DNA from: Malacoraja senta
Lineage: Eukaryota
Direction: 5' to 3'
Assembly: GCA_038087875.1 (NCBI GenBank)
Contig: CM075988.1
Span: 27,778,001-27,842,000, forward strand
DNA: 64,000 nt
A model generated the notes under the pieces. That model did no database searches. It had not been told where the DNA came from and saw only the letters and a list, made by a program, of their open reading frames with translations. How positions within the stretch are numbered: the first letter of the stretch is position 1; each line of letters opens with the position of its first letter. Below are positions 37,425 through 51,289 of this stretch, one piece after another. The position numbers and the translations under genes are program-made.

Positions 37425-38720
37425 TAGTATTGATGTACACAGGGATTTAGGGGTCCAAGTCCATAACTCCTTGAAAGTGGCAATCTGAGTTGATAGAGTG
37501 GTAAAGAATGGTATCCTTGCCTTCAGAGGTCTGGGCATTGAGTATAAGAGTCAGTAAGTCACAATGCAGCTTTGCAGGACTTTGGTTAAACCGCATATGG
37601 AGTATTGCGTGCTGTTCTGGTCGCCCCAATACAGGAAGGATGTGGAGACATTGACAAGGGTGAAGAAGGGATTTACCAGAATGATGCCTGGTTTAGGGGG
37701 TATAGGTTGGATAGACTTGGAATGCTTTCTCTGGAATGCCAGAGATCGAGGGGAGACTTGAGAGAAGTATATTAAATTATGAGAGAAATAGATAGGGTAG
37801 ATGGTCAGAACCTTTTTCCCAGAGTGGAAATGTCAAAGACTAGAGGGAATAGCTCTAAGGTGAAGTTCAAGTCCAAGTGAGTTTATTGTCATGTGTCCAT
37901 GATAGGACAATGAAATTCTTGCTTTGCTTCAGCACAATAGAACATAGTAGGAATTGACTACAAAACAGATCAGTGTGTGCATATACCATTCTATAAATAT
38001 ATACACACATGAATAAATAAACTGATAAAGTGCAAATAACAGTTAATGGGCTATTAAAGTTCAGAGTTTTGTCCGAGCCAGGTTTAATAGCCTGATGGCT
38101 GTGGGGAAGTAGCTATTCCTGAACCTGGTCGTTGCAGTCTTCAGGGTCCTGTACCTTCTACCTGAAGGCAGTAGGGAGATGAGTGTGTGGCCAGGATGGT
38201 GTGGGTCCTTGATGATACTGCCAGCCTTTTTGAGGCAGCGACCGCGATAGATCCCCTCAATGGAGGGGAGGTTACAGCCGATGATGGACTGGGCAGTGTT
38301 TACTACTTTTTGTAGTGTTTTCCTCTCCAGGGCGCTCAAGTTGCCGAACCAAGCCACGATGCAACCGGTCAGCATGCTCTCTACTGTGCACCTGTAGAAG
38401 TTAGAGAGAGTCCTCCTTGACAAACCGACTCACCGTAATCTTCTCAGGAAGTAGAGGCGCTGATGTGGACAAAGTTTAAAGGAGATGTGCGGTGCAAGCT
38501 TTTTACACAGAGGGTGCTGAGTTCCTGGAATATGCTACTGGTGATGGTGGTGGAGGCAGATAGGATAATGGCATTTAAGAGGCTTTTGGATAGGCACATG
38601 GATATACAGGTAATGGAGGGATATAGATTATGTGCAGGCACATAAGTGCTGATCTTGACATCATGTTTGTCTCAGACATTGTGGCCTAAGGGGCTGTTCC
38701 TGTGCTGTACTGGTCTATGT
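37425..38720 (+). mobile_element. CR1 LINE 3' fragment split by Rex1
   Basis: MQLCRTLVKPHMEYCVLFWSPQYRKDV; resumes KFKGDVRCKLFTQRV; CR1 tail. Confidence 0.88.
37864..38463 (-). mobile_element. Rex1/Babar LINE 3' fragment
   Basis: LSNFYRCTVESMLTGCIVAWFGN ... LLPSGRRYR ... RFRNSYFPTAIRLLN; (cttgaa)-like tail. Confidence 0.9.
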
Positions 38721-39329
38721 TCTATTTATAATGTAACCTATTAATAATGACCATATAGATTTCACATATACATTTTCGGTTCCAGAATTTCCTGGTTCTT
38801 GTTCTCTTTTGAACATTTTCAAGACATTTTCACTCGCTTTCAAGAATCTGAAGTCAGTGCAGCTGTGAGCACATACTGGTGCAATACCTGGTTTCTGCAT
38901 TTGGCAAATCAGGTTGCTGACCGTTAAAGGAAACTGACTAAATTTATAATTACAGTTTCAATATGGTTCTAAGAATTACCGTTCTGTTCTCATCACTTTC
39001 CATGAATTACATTGCAGAGTAATCTTAAATCAACTACAATTAATATAGTGAATACATAAATCTTATTCATTACAATGAACAGCTTTATTGATTTGAATTA
39101 TGTTGCAACGTAGGTATTTTATCAGTCTGGACCTCACTTGAAGTTATTTTGCCGTCTGCTGTATTGTTCTGCTCATTTCTACACCTGAAAAAACAGCATT
39201 TTTATTCAATTTACTTGAGCTATTTAATTACAATGTGCTATTTAAAATGTTAATTGCCTGACTGCAAATTAAATTACTAATCTAGATTCCAATCTAAAAT
39301 CAATATTTTTATTGCACCTAAATGCTGAC

Positions 39330-40030
39330 AATTGTTGTTTTTATTTTTGGCATCCACGCTAGCTTAACGTAATAGTTGCCTCACCACAGGTGTTATCCCT
39401 TTTGCACTAAACCCCCCCCCCCCCCTACAGAAAATCCATTCATTATTATGTTCTCAAGCCCTTGATGTTTTGGCCTCCCAATCCATGCCTATCTTTCTCA
39501 CAACTTCAATATTGTATATTACCACGCTGATTTCTGCTCCTGTCGCAGCTTTGGAAATAGCCCATGTTAAAGTACTATTCTCCCTATGCATGATATGCTC
39601 CCCCCCCCTCATTCTTATGAACTTCTCGATAGCTTCTTTCATGATTAACTGCACCACTTTCCTACAAGACCTTTGCTGCTTTGTACTATTGTGTGTGGTT
39701 CTTGTTTTCATTCTTATCTATCCATTCATTGGCAGAGGAACATCTTATCTAGCTTCATTTCCCATTGCGGTACCAAGGTCACTGGAGTCCATCAAGAATC
39801 TCTTGTATTTTTCAAGCAGATGCTTTCCTAACAGCATCATCATGAACTACACCAAATATGTACAATGATAACAACCAACTTCACCTCATCACCCACCATC
39901 TCTTGAACTCTCCATTGCCTCTGATTTGTACTGTTTGTCAGGCATCCAGATCAAAAATATATCCTAGTTAATTATTGAGGAGACTGAAACAATTGTCTTT
40001 GGCTTCTGTCATAAATTACAATTTGTAACT
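39330..40030 (+). mobile_element. Very old L2-like LINE RT remnant
   Basis: Eroded gtaccaaggtcactgg and atatgtacaatgataacaaccaacttcacctc (GVPQGS/YADDTQL-like). Confidence 0.4.
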
Positions 40031-40679
40031 ATCAATTACATCTGATCGAAATTAAAAATAATCAGAAATGCAGGAGACATTGAGGAGGGAAGCAATCATT
40101 TGGAAATGGAGAAACAGAGTGAATATTTCAGGTAAAAGACCCTTTATCATATCTGCCTGACCCACTGAATGTTTCCAGTATTTTCTGCTTTTCTTTCAAA
40201 CTTTTATTGAATTTTAATTTAATCTTTCTGTCTGATCATTGCATGAGAATGAATCCACCTATTTGTAAAAAAATAAGTGCGAATTGACTCTGGCTGAGTT
40301 ACATCACCAAGTTAATCCACTTCTGTCTCTGTAATAATGCCTGTCATTTACTTTCTCTCAAATCATTTGTTGCAGACAAATGCTTTTCTTTCACCACAAC
40401 TGATTTCACCCAGTCTTGCATTCCTTTAATCCTCCCTTTAACGTATATTTACCTGAATCCTGCAACCTGTGTCAAAACCCACACGGCCTCCTTTTCCAAC
40501 ATCCCTTTCTGACTTTCAGTTATTTCGAGTCCACTCATTCCAAGACTTTGGCCTTTTTCCAACTCTGTAACCTATTTCTTCCATGTGATTACTACATTCC
40601 AATTCTGCCTTTGAATAACTTCTACATTCCAATGTTGGTATCCATCCCTTTAGAAGTCTGATTGTCAAGATCTGAAGGA

Positions 40680-41410
40680 AATAAAATGCTCAGCAGGTCG
40701 AGTAGTATTTGTGGCAGCAAAGCGATGGTTGACGTTTCTATTTATAATCCTGTATCAAGACTGAGAGTGTGGACGGAAGATGACCAATTTGAAGAGGTGA
40801 GAGGAAGGGGTGAGACAGGGGTTGACAGGTGATAAGTGGAACTAGATGAGGAGGGGATGATGGGTAGATGGAGCCAGGAGGTGAAGGGGGAGTTTTTGAA
40901 AAGAGACTGATGGTGGTAGGTTGAAACAGATAAGGATTTTTTTTTGTTTTAATGGAAGATGGAGCCGTGGGAGGAAGAGGAAGAAAATAAAAGTAGAGAC
41001 AGAGGCTGGAGGGTGATAAGTGGAACCAGAAAAGGGAAGGTTGATGGGCAGTTGAATCCTTATAGGGGAGGGCATAGGAAAGGTAGGTCATTGAAAAAGA
41101 AACCCAGGTGGTTATATACATAGGCGATCGGACCAGGTCGGGTAGGGTAACGACTCCAGTTAATGGAGGCAGGGAGAGGAAATGGATAAGGTGAACCAAG
41201 GGGATAGTAGACTGTTAAGATTTGGATAGGAACACCAGGGCTTGGGTCACCTGAAACTGGAAAATTCCTTGTTCATACCATTGGGTTGTAGGATACTCAA
41301 GTGAAATATGAAGTGTTGTGCTTGTAGGTTGTATTTGACCTCATCATGGCAGTAGCGCAGGCTGAAGAGAAACAGATTGGTGTGAGAGTGAGAAGGGAAG
41401 TTGAATTGAC
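40680..41410 (-). mobile_element. Penelope-like element 3' end (GIY-YIG endonuclease C-terminus + 3' repeat)
   Basis: FNFPSHSHTNL..LRYC...LQAQHFIFHLSILQPNGMNKEFSSFR*, followed by a pyrimidine-rich UTR and the short terminal repeat. Confidence 0.8.
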
Positions 41411-41685
41411 ATACAACTGAATGATCAGGAAATATCTTCCAAAACCTTTCCACCACAACTACTCCCATTTTCAGATGGCTTTTCAAATCTATCTGTTTGA
41501 TTTTGCTTTCGTCATTAGTTATGTCACTTGGCATTTAATTGTGTGTGCTAATGCTCAATTGAAGGATTTGGGGCTTTTTAATTATGTTTGTGGTGCTGAG
41601 TGAAAGGTTTCAAAGGTCACTAATGAAACAGAAGTATTACATTGTAAGCTACCTTTTGGTAATTATCACCCATAATTATGGCTAA

Positions 41686-42009
41686 TGGCCCTGTCCCACT
41701 GTACAAGTTCATTCAAGTGCTCTCCCGAGTTTAAGAAAAAATCAAACTCGTGGTAAGCACGTAGAATGAACGTAGCGGGTACGTCGGAACTCAGGGACGT
41801 CTCTTAGCGGCTTGTAACGCTAATGGTACGCGGGAAGACTCGCTAATGGCAGGTAAGCTCGGGAAGACTCGTGAAGATTTTTCAACATGTTGAAAAATGT
41901 CCACGAGAGCACCGAGTACTTACGAGCGGCCATTACTGTAAATCTCTGAGTTCGAATCGGCAAACTCGGGGAGAATTCTTGAATGAACTCGTACCATGGG
42001 ACTGGGCTT
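41686..42009. mobile_element. PIF/Harbinger-type MITE, TAA TSD
   Basis: TAA|tggccctgtcccactgtacaagttcattcaag ... cttgaatgaactcgtaccatgggactgggctt|TAA. Confidence 0.88.
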
Positions 42010-42558
42010 TAATTCTCAAGAATCACCAATAATTATTAGCAATAATTTTCCCGCTCTCTCAGGAAGGTGGTAGTGGAATTTCTATTAGATAGATTTGATT
42101 AAGACGGTAATTCAGTATAAGATATATTGGAGTGGGATTTAAATCACATTTAGGGTAGACGACATATGGCTGGAATGTGCTCTTATTCCTGAAGGGACAT
42201 TACCAAATTCGATGGTGTGTTTCATTTTACAATCTTTGATGTATTAAAAGTGCTTTTAAATAATACACTGCTAATTCTCCATTGAAAAGAGATATTGAGT
42301 TTACAAGCATCTTTGTGATTTCTTTGAATGGCTAGTTTTATCAGTTATGTCCAGAAAATGCCATCAAAAATTTAGTTTGTTGAGTCTCTTGAACTGTCTA
42401 CTGGATCTACTAACTCCAGAAATTGAATATTTAGGCTTCTGGGAAATCTATAGGTCTTAAGATGGAGAATATTGGAAAAGACTTCATTAATCATGTTAAG
42501 TAAACTGTACGGGATAAATGTACCTCAGAGATGCTGTGACATATATTTTTAAAACTAA

Positions 42559-43002
42559 AGGGCCTGTCCCACGGGCATGCGACTCCATGCGGCAAGCACG
42601 ACCTAACCGGAAGAGGGGGCCGTGTGGGGGCCGCTCGGAGGTTGCGGGGCCGTATTCGCGGGCCCACTTCGATCGCCGGAGCCGTATGGAGTTGTGCGGA
42701 GCTGGTCCCGACATCGCGCCGGGCTCCGAAAAACTGACACTGTTCAAAAATTCCGCGCGGCAACGGCCTGCCGCCTCGAGGCCGTGCGCGCCGCATCGAC
42801 GGCCGTGCGCACCGCCTCGGCGCCGTACGCACCGTCTTGACGTCACTCGACCTCCGCACGGCCCCCGCTTCTGGTTTGGTAGCGCTTGCCGCATGCAGCC
42901 GCATGCTGGTGAGACCGGCCCTGTACGGGGATCACTCGACCTCCGCGCGGCTCCCGCTTCCGGTTAGGTCGCATGGAGTCGCATGCCTGTGGGACAGGCC
43001 CT
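42559..43002. mobile_element. PIF/Harbinger-type GC-rich MITE
   Basis: TAA|agggcctgtcccacgggcatgcgactccatgcg ... cgcatggagtcgcatgcctgtgggacaggccct|TTA. Confidence 0.9.
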
Positions 43003-43804
43003 TTAGTAATTAAAAGGACACATTTTTAGAAAGACAGTATGCAGTGTGAAGCAGCTATTTTATTCTGTTGGGAATGAGCTATGTTAATGTAGCTGATGGT
43101 AAAGCTCCCTTTTGAGGTATATGTTGAGTTCAATTAGAGGATAATTATTTCTTTGTAGATTAGCCCCAGAAATCCATAGCTGAAATGGAACTGTTACCAC
43201 CAAACCCCCTACAGCTGAATCTTGTGCATATATTTTTATTGTGGCGATATGGTTTGGGGGAAACCTACCTCCACTAGGCTCACCATTAAGTACTTGGTAC
43301 TGTTTTAATAACCCTATCTTGATCTCACTCACAAGCAATTGATTCATACGGTATGCTAATATTAATTATAATTAAAACCCAAGAAATGTATCAAAAATAC
43401 GTTATAATTTAGTGCACTCTAGAAACTTTGTTTCTTTAATCTGTCTTGGTCTGTCTGCATCATCAATCATACAGAGGCTCAATGCATTACTTTCACTAGT
43501 GTCCAGTGTTTCTGCTTAAAATGCTGTGATGTAAAAGTGACAAATCTTCTTATGCATAATTCTTGAGTTGCTTTAGTTTCACAGTGGAAAATTAGTGAAT
43601 GCTGTTAGATTTGGTATTATTACCGCTGCAAAATCTGATCCATCATGTCATCGTTATTATGTTGCTACGCATAAAATTGCAACAGTTACTATACTTCAAA
43701 GTTAGAAATTGAGGTCGCTAATAAGGAAATATAATTGTATCATTTCTGTATATAAACAATTTAGCAGAAACCTTGATGTGACTCATTGACTAAACTAGGA
43801 GTAA

Positions 43805-44387
43805 AAGGCCTGTCTCACGAGTCTGTGGTCATTGGCGGCGAAACGGGAAGAATCTGCCACCATAGACCGCGCACTCGTGAGAACGTACAATTCCGGGGCC
43901 GTGCGGCGGTGTTCCCAACACCGCACGGTGCTAAAATAAAACCGACAATGTTGAAAACTATAATCTTACCGCACAACCTCCACCAGTGATGCACGAGTGC
44001 GGCACGGCCGCCCGCACGGGCCGCCGCCAGTGTGGCTCGAGCGCCGTGCGTCAAACCTCCACTGCCACAGCCTCCGCCAGTGAGGCACGTGTGCGGCACG
44101 GCCGCAGGCACAGCCACCGCTACAGCGCCGCGATCAGGACGGCCGCCGCCACAGCCGCCGCTCGTGAGTCACGTGCGGCGGGCCGACGTCATCGCAGTCG
44201 GCCCTCCCTTTTTTTTACTTACCGCAAGCACGTGGGACCAGCGGTATTTGAATTACTCGGACCCCGCGCAGCATCCGTGCGGTGCTCCAGTGGATAGGCT
44301 CGGCGCTCTCGCCGTTGCCGTGCGGTCCCCGCTACCGGCGACGCCGCGCTTCTCCGCCGATGACCGCAAACAGGTAAGACAGAGCCT
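43805..44387. mobile_element. PIF/Harbinger-type MITE, same family as 9424-9962, TAA TSD
   Basis: TAA|aaggcctgtctcacgagtctg ... taagacagagcct|TAA. Confidence 0.9.
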
Positions 44388-46849
44388 TAATTGGTTGAGC
44401 CAAGTTGGTGAGACCTCTGTCTTTAATGTTCTCTGCATCAAAAATATTGTTGATCATTTAGAGATAAAATAACAAAGGTTTTAATTATTTCCCAAAAGTT
44501 GGCTTCATCATTGTGAAGGAAAACTTAGTGTGCATTCTTAGGCATTTAATTGCATGCACTAATTGGGCATAGTTTATCCAGATTTGTAAAGCAAATGTGT
44601 GAAGGTTATTTGTAATCAGTGTCATATGTTTGAACCTTGTAAAAGCATTTGATGATGAGAAAAAACAAGCTAGCATTCATTTAGTGCCCTTTGTAATTTG
44701 ACAGTGAAATAACTATTATAATTATTATGATTAGTGTAGTTACTTTAACGTGGGAAGCGCAGAATGAATTTGCTCATAGCAACGTTGAACAGATTTGATA
44801 ATGGCCAGATAATTTGCTTAAGTAGCGTGGGCTCCCTATTTTTGAGAGCCTTTGGATAATAGATTAATGAGGGAAGTTAGAGAAAGAAAGGTAAAGGGCA
44901 ATAAAGCTGTGAAATGCATTTCAGAGCTGTTGCTGAAATCTGAACCTTGAAACCAAATGGGGAATACTAGATATCTAGCAGATCTGGTCTGTGGAAAGAG
45001 AAAAACAGAAGTAATATTTTTATGGATATCCTTTGCAAACTGTGCATCCTTAGCCACACAATATCGGACATATTCCCTTTGTCCTGACCGACCTCCACGG
45101 TTGCTCTCTCCAACTTGAAACAAACTTGGAGGCGCAAGAGGCTGCATATGTAGGGTATGTAGATCAGAAAAAGAACCGTAGAGCAAAACATGTAGATGAA
45201 AACATCTATGTAGAGCAAAATGTAGAGCAAATAAAGAACTGGTAGAACTTAGATTGTCCTTGCTTCTCCCGATATTGCAAAATAACTTGGTGTTTCATGT
45301 GACTTTTTGAAGTAGTTTCCAGCAGAATAAACCTGATGTAATTCAGTACAACATGAAAAACAAGGAACTGCAGCTTTTTGTTGAGAAATGACCAGAGGAC
45401 TGAAATGCTAAGCATTTTTTTTTCCCACGACTTGCAGTGTATTTTTAAAATTTTCTGTATTTTGTCATATTTCTAGCATCTGCTGTTTCTTGATTTTTAT
45501 ATTGTACTGAATCGTATCAAATTTAACCTGCTGGAAACTGCTAAAAATAAGTCCCAAGAAACATTTGATTATTTTTGCAATCCAGGAGAAGCAAGGATGC
45601 TTTCAAATACATTTAATTTGCAGCCCAGGTGTTTGAGACTTCATCTGTAGATGGCATTCCTTTGTGATTCTAGATCGGCAATACTTTTGACATTTTCTAT
45701 TGGGCAACAATCAGGCAGGTTGATTTATTTTTGTTACTGTGTTAATGATTGAGCCCAATAGAGTCTACATTTTCGTAAACTGGCTGAGTATTGGATAGAG
45801 AGTCTTTAGTAAAATAGAATGCCCTATTACTCTATGTTCTTCACCAGTTATAAAAAAAATCACAGATACAATGCGCACTTAGCGGTAAAGAGTGAACCGG
45901 CAGGATGTGTGAAAACGCCAGTGCCTCCTCTCGAGACAAGGGTGAACTGCAGGGATAAGCTTTAAATCACCGGCCTCCTCCTTTGGGACCAGGATTGAGC
46001 TCAGCACGAGCACGAGATCACAAATGCCTCTTCACATGTGCCTGACGATGAGGGCAAGCGCCCCGACTCAGACCTGGATTTTTTTGTCACTATAAATAAA
46101 CAACATTATGTGAGTTTACTCAATTGCGAGTGTGGGTGTAGTCATTGGTGGCCTGATGTCATCCCTGAAGGTACATCCCATTGGATGGCTGTTTCATTTT
46201 TTTTTCCTTGGTGCAAATAACTGTCTCCACAAAAACTGTGGAGGGAAATTACATAATTAGATGCCCACCTTTTCAAATGTGGAAGGAAGCCCAAGATGCT
46301 AGAATGTGTAACATCAGTGGTTTCTTGCTAATTAATGATATGAATGTTACAGTTCATATTGATCAAAGAGGCATTAATTTCAATGAATGGGAAATTGCAT
46401 AGGATGTGGACTGAGCAAAGGGTCGTAATGACACTTCTAAATTCTACGTGTAGTTATTTTCATCCATATAAGAGAGGAAATGATTTCTTTTGCACAATTA
46501 AATATATGCTAATTTATATCATGTTCTATTTAGGAACAAAAAAACATAACATTTTCACCTTTATTATTTTGGTCTCTGATCAAATCAACTCTCTTTACCC
46601 AAGAGAGTGAGGTTGGGAATGCAATGAGTGAATGTCATAATATAATTTAACTCGAGGTGAGTGAGGCAGAAAGCTTTCTTTAATATTCTAGTTCATAACA
46701 ACAAAAGAGAAGGCTATTCAGCCCAGGAAGTCAATGTTGGTTGCCAAAAAACTTTTATTAATCCTTTCTCCCAGTTGTTTCCCTCCAACCTTTTCTCCCT
46801 CTCATGCCCATCTCTATTAATTCTCCTACCACCCACCATTCTTATAGTG

Positions 46850-47020
46850 TAGGCAATTTACTGTAGCCAATTAATTTATGAACTAGTACATCTTTGGGAT
46901 TTTGGAGCTACCCCATGTAGTCACAGAAAGGACATGCAGACTCCACCATCTCCTCCACCAGATAGCACCAGGGATTTGGATTGAAACCGAGTCACTGGAG
47001 CTGTGAAGTAGCTGTGCTTC
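46850..47020 (-). mobile_element. Degenerate HE1/V-type SINE fragment
   Basis: ggcaatttactgtagccaattaa ... acatctttgggat ... gtcactggagctgtga. Confidence 0.6.
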
Positions 47021-47366
47021 CATCTGTTTTTGTGCAATTCACCTCAGTGGAAAAAAACTCATTCTTTTATGGTCCCTTCCACCTGATGGCCTAGAATTCA
47101 ATGCGTGGAATGATAGGAAATACAATCATTTTTGTGCAACATTAGTATACCAGTGTATTATTCCAATAATACCTCTCAGCTTGTTCATCTTACTAAAATA
47201 GGTCACTGACCTGTCCAAAAACCCAAGATGATTTAAAGCATGTCTATCAGTGTCGTAACTGGCTCCAATGCCATTTATCCTTGGTTGCTGATCTTTGGTG
47301 GCTACTAATTAAGTCTTAAAACTTTTACGTTGAAGTCCCTGCATGATCTTGTCACATCCTATCTTT

Positions 47367-47731
47367 TTAAAATATTATTACAAATATTTTTATTAGAAGC
47401 AATGTACAGTAGTATAAACCGCGACGTATGACAAAATACATTTAATGTACATCTTCCATTTTAAATTTAACAAAAAAGAAATAGAGAGAAAAAGAGCGAG
47501 AAAGAGAGAGAGTGAAAGTGAAAGAAATAGTGAATGTGTAAACCCCTAGACTACCAGATAATGCAGTCCAGGAGTGAATGAGTAAAAGCCTATAGAAGAA
47601 TAAGAAGACACAAACCAAAAATAAAGAAAAAGAAAAAAGGCACCATTACGTGTTGATATACCTGCTTCGTTTCTCACCACACCCGTCACCCTGTCCGTGA
47701 ATCGGTTTACTTCCAGAGTTGTGTTGCACCA
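47367..47731 (-). mobile_element. Short L1-type 3' end of a second family, 17-bp TSD
   Basis: TSD tgtcacatcctatcttt (47350-47366, 47732-47748). T-rich UTR and cttctaataaa tail like the large L1s. Confidence 0.8.
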
Positions 47732-48129
47732 TGTCACATCCTATCTTTGAAATTCAAGTATCCTGTCGAGTAATGTGATTCTTCCAATTCTGGACCAACT
47801 CTTCATAATCCCTGAATATAATTACTTCACTAATGGCAGCTGTGGTTTCATTTGTCAAACCCTAAGCTCTGGAATTCTCATTAAATCCTGCTGTCTATCT
47901 CTCTTTTTCACTTATCAGTAAAGTGAGTTTGTTATTTTGTTAAGTTCAAGTGATAATATATATAAAGACTTGTTATTAAAATGCACCTGAGAGTACTGGA
48001 GAAAGTCTTTATTGCTGCAAACTTCCAGATTATAGAATAAAAGGTTTCCACTACATATCACAGTTGAAACTTTTTTTACCCACAAGATACCCAGCATAAT
48101 CACATTGCCTCGTTTAAAATAATTTATTT

Positions 48130-49785
48130 TATAGACAATAGGTACAGGAGTAGGCCATTCGGCCCTTCGAGCCAGCACTGTGATCATGGCTGATCATCCA
48201 CAATCAGTACCCCGTTCTGCCTTCTCCCCACATCCCTTGACTCCGCCATCTTTAAGAGCTCTATCTAAATCTCTCTTGAAAGCATCCAGAGAATTGGCCT
48301 CCACTGCCTTCTGAGGCAGAGAATTCCACACATTCACAACTCTCTAGATGAAAAAAGCTTTTCCTTATCTCTGTTCTAAATGGCCTACCCCTTATTCTTA
48401 AACTGTGGGTAAAAATAGTTTCAACTGCGATATGTAATGGAAGCCTGTCATTCTATAATCTGGAAGTTTGCAGCAATTCTCCAACAGGACTCCCCCAACA
48501 ACGGGAACATGTTTCCTGCCTCTAGTGTGTTTAATCCCTTAATAATCTTATATGTTTCAATAAGATTCCCCCTCATCCTTCTAAATTCCAGTGTATACAA
48601 GCCCAGTCGCTCCATTCTTTCAACATATGACAGTCCCGCCATCCCGGGAATTAACCTCGTGAACCTACGTTGCACTCTCTCAATAGCAAGAATGTCCTTC
48701 CTCAAATTTGGAGACCACAACTGCACACAATACTCCAGCTGCGGTCTCTCTAGGGTCCTGTACAACTGTAGAAGGACCTCTTTGCTCCTATACTCAACTC
48801 CTCTTGTAATGAAGGCCAACATGCCATTAGCTTTCTTCACTGCCTGCTGTACCTGCATGCTTACTTTCAGTGACTGATGAACAAGGACACCCAGGTCTCG
48901 TTGCACCTCCCCTTTTCCTAATCTGACACCATTCAGATAATAATTTGCTTCCTGTTCTTGCAACCAAAGTGGATAACCTCCAATTTATCCACACTACACT
49001 GCATCTGCCCACTCACCCAACCTTTCCAAGTCACCCTGCATCCTCATAGCATCCTCCTCACAGTTCACACTGCCACCCAGCTTTGTGTCATCTGCAAATT
49101 TGCTAATGTTACTTTTAATCCCTTCATCTAAATCATTAATGTACATTGTAAATAGCTGCGGTCCCAGCACCGAGCCTTGCGGTACCCCACTAGTCATTGC
49201 CTGCCATTCTGAAAGGGACCCGTTAATCCCTACTCTTTGTTTCCTGTCTGCCAACCAATTTTCTATCCATGTCAGTACCCTACCCCCAATACCATGTGCT
49301 CTAATTTTGCCCACTAATTTCCTATGTGGGACCTTGTCAAAGACTTTCTGAAGGTCCAGGTACACTACATCCACTGGCTCTCCCTTGTCCAGTTTCCTAG
49401 TTACATCATCAAAAAATTCCAGATGATTAGTCGAGCATGATTTCCACTTCGTAAATCCATGTTGACTCGGACCGATCCTGTTACTGCCATCCAAATGTGC
49501 TGCTATTTCATCTTTTATAATTGACTCCAGCATCTTCCCCACTGATGTCAGGCTAACTGTTCTATAATTCCCCGTTTTCTCTCTCCCGCCTTTCTTAAAA
49601 AGTGGGATAACATTAGCTACCCTCCAATCCACAGGAACTAATCCTGAATCTATAGAACATTGGAAAATTATCACCAATGCGTCCACGATTTCTAGAGGCA
49701 CTTCTTTAAGTACACTGGGATGCAGATCACAGGCCCTGGGGATTTATCAGCCTTCAGTCCCATCAGTCTACCCAACACCATTTTG
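48130..49785 (-). mobile_element. CR1/HER1 LINE, 5'-truncated, relatively young
   Basis: VDWRVANVIPLFKKG, VYLDLQKVFDKVPH, SGVPQGSVLGP, SKFADDTKLGG, YRTLERPQLEYCVQLWSP; tail ggccgaatggcctactcctg. Confidence 0.96.
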
Positions 49786-50854
49786 ATTATGTTATTACAT
49801 AGAAAGCATAATAAATATTATAAAAGGGAAGTTCATTGTGCATATATTTTGATAGAATTAGGAAATGTCGTATGTCATCATACGCTAGTTGCAATAAACT
49901 TATTCAATGTGTAATCAAGCTGTTGCTTGGGTTTTTCAAAAATGCATAACTTGAAGAATTTAACAAAAGAATTGGTCCGTAAAGGAAACTAAAGTACTTT
50001 GTAAAGTTCCTAGATTTACAGTCTCACAGAATTTCACGGGATGTGCACGCAACCTGATATTAATAGAACATTATCCTTTCAAACATTAACTTTAACTTAC
50101 CTTTATTCTCATCTTTGATCCCTTACGCACAATAACAGTTATAAAAAGATTTAGCTTGGATAATGTAATTTAAAGTCCTTGTGATTAAGAGGAATGTAGG
50201 ACTCCTGATTGAGTGCAGTTTTTGGACTTGAGTTAATAAGTAGTGCGTTGCAAGTTTAATACTTAAACTACTATGGTTACCCTTTTCCAGTATTATAGTG
50301 CCATTTCATCTTGCTAGAACTCCCATACAGTAGGTGATGCATGCTTCTACTGAATACAGGTAATGCAATTGCTATTTTTCCTTCTACAGAAAGAAATCAT
50401 CTGCAGATGTTTTCATTTTAATCGAATCAAACTGTAGGTTTGCCTTAGTTTTCTTAAATATGCTATTATCCTTTTCATTGTTAGTTTTCACTTTTGGGGG
50501 ATAAATGGGAATGGGATGAATCTAAGTCCAGAAGAAAGTTTTCAGTGAAGCAGGCTTAATGCAGATGTAAGCATGAATAACATATTATAATATTTTAAAT
50601 ATATTATATATATATATATTTCATATTTATATATAATATTTATAATATATATTTATGATATATATAAATATCATTACTTTCAATCTACTGGATCAGATTT
50701 CAAGCTGTGCAAATGTGCTTTGCAAATCTGTTTGAAGGATGAGACAATGTACTTTGTTTTAAAGAGAATGTAGCTGTAGGCATCACAGGTACGGAGGACA
50801 AACTCAGCTTGTGGATTGTCTCGGGGGGTTGGGATATTATAGCTGACAGAATAT

Positions 50855-51250
50855 GTGCAAAAGTACTTTAAAAAGGTACCGATGTCAGGACTTGGTAAAG
50901 GGGGATGAAAGGTGGCGAGTTGGTATATCCCATTTGCTTGATGTTCATAATAGAGTATCTGTTTTTTTCTCTTTTCTCTTTCTCTTTTTTCTTCCCTAAG
51001 GTCTATCTCTTAATCTCTTTTCTCTAATTTCTCTTCTATAGGGTCTTTATTCTTTTCTTTCGACACGCTTTTACACTAACACTATTTTCTTTCACTTTCT
51101 CTTTCTTCTTAATTTCAACCTTTTCTTTTTATTATCTTTAAAAAATGAAGGAGTACATTAATTGTAATAAGATATATGTGATGTGTACTAATGTAATTGT
51201 TTGTAATTTAATGTACTTCTAATAAATAAAATAAAAAATAAAAAAAAATA
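50855..51250 (+). mobile_element. L1-clade 3'UTR fragment (related subfamily)
   Basis: Colinear with 7288-7680 (gtgcaaaagtactt, gagtacattaattgtaa, gtacttctaataaataaaa). Confidence 0.85.
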
Positions 51251-51289
51251 TTCATGTCAGAATATTATATTATATCATATTATATGACA

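Noticed and set aside
50575..50675. AT-rich quasi-palindrome
   Set aside because: Low-complexity (TA)-rich tract; symmetry expected by chance.
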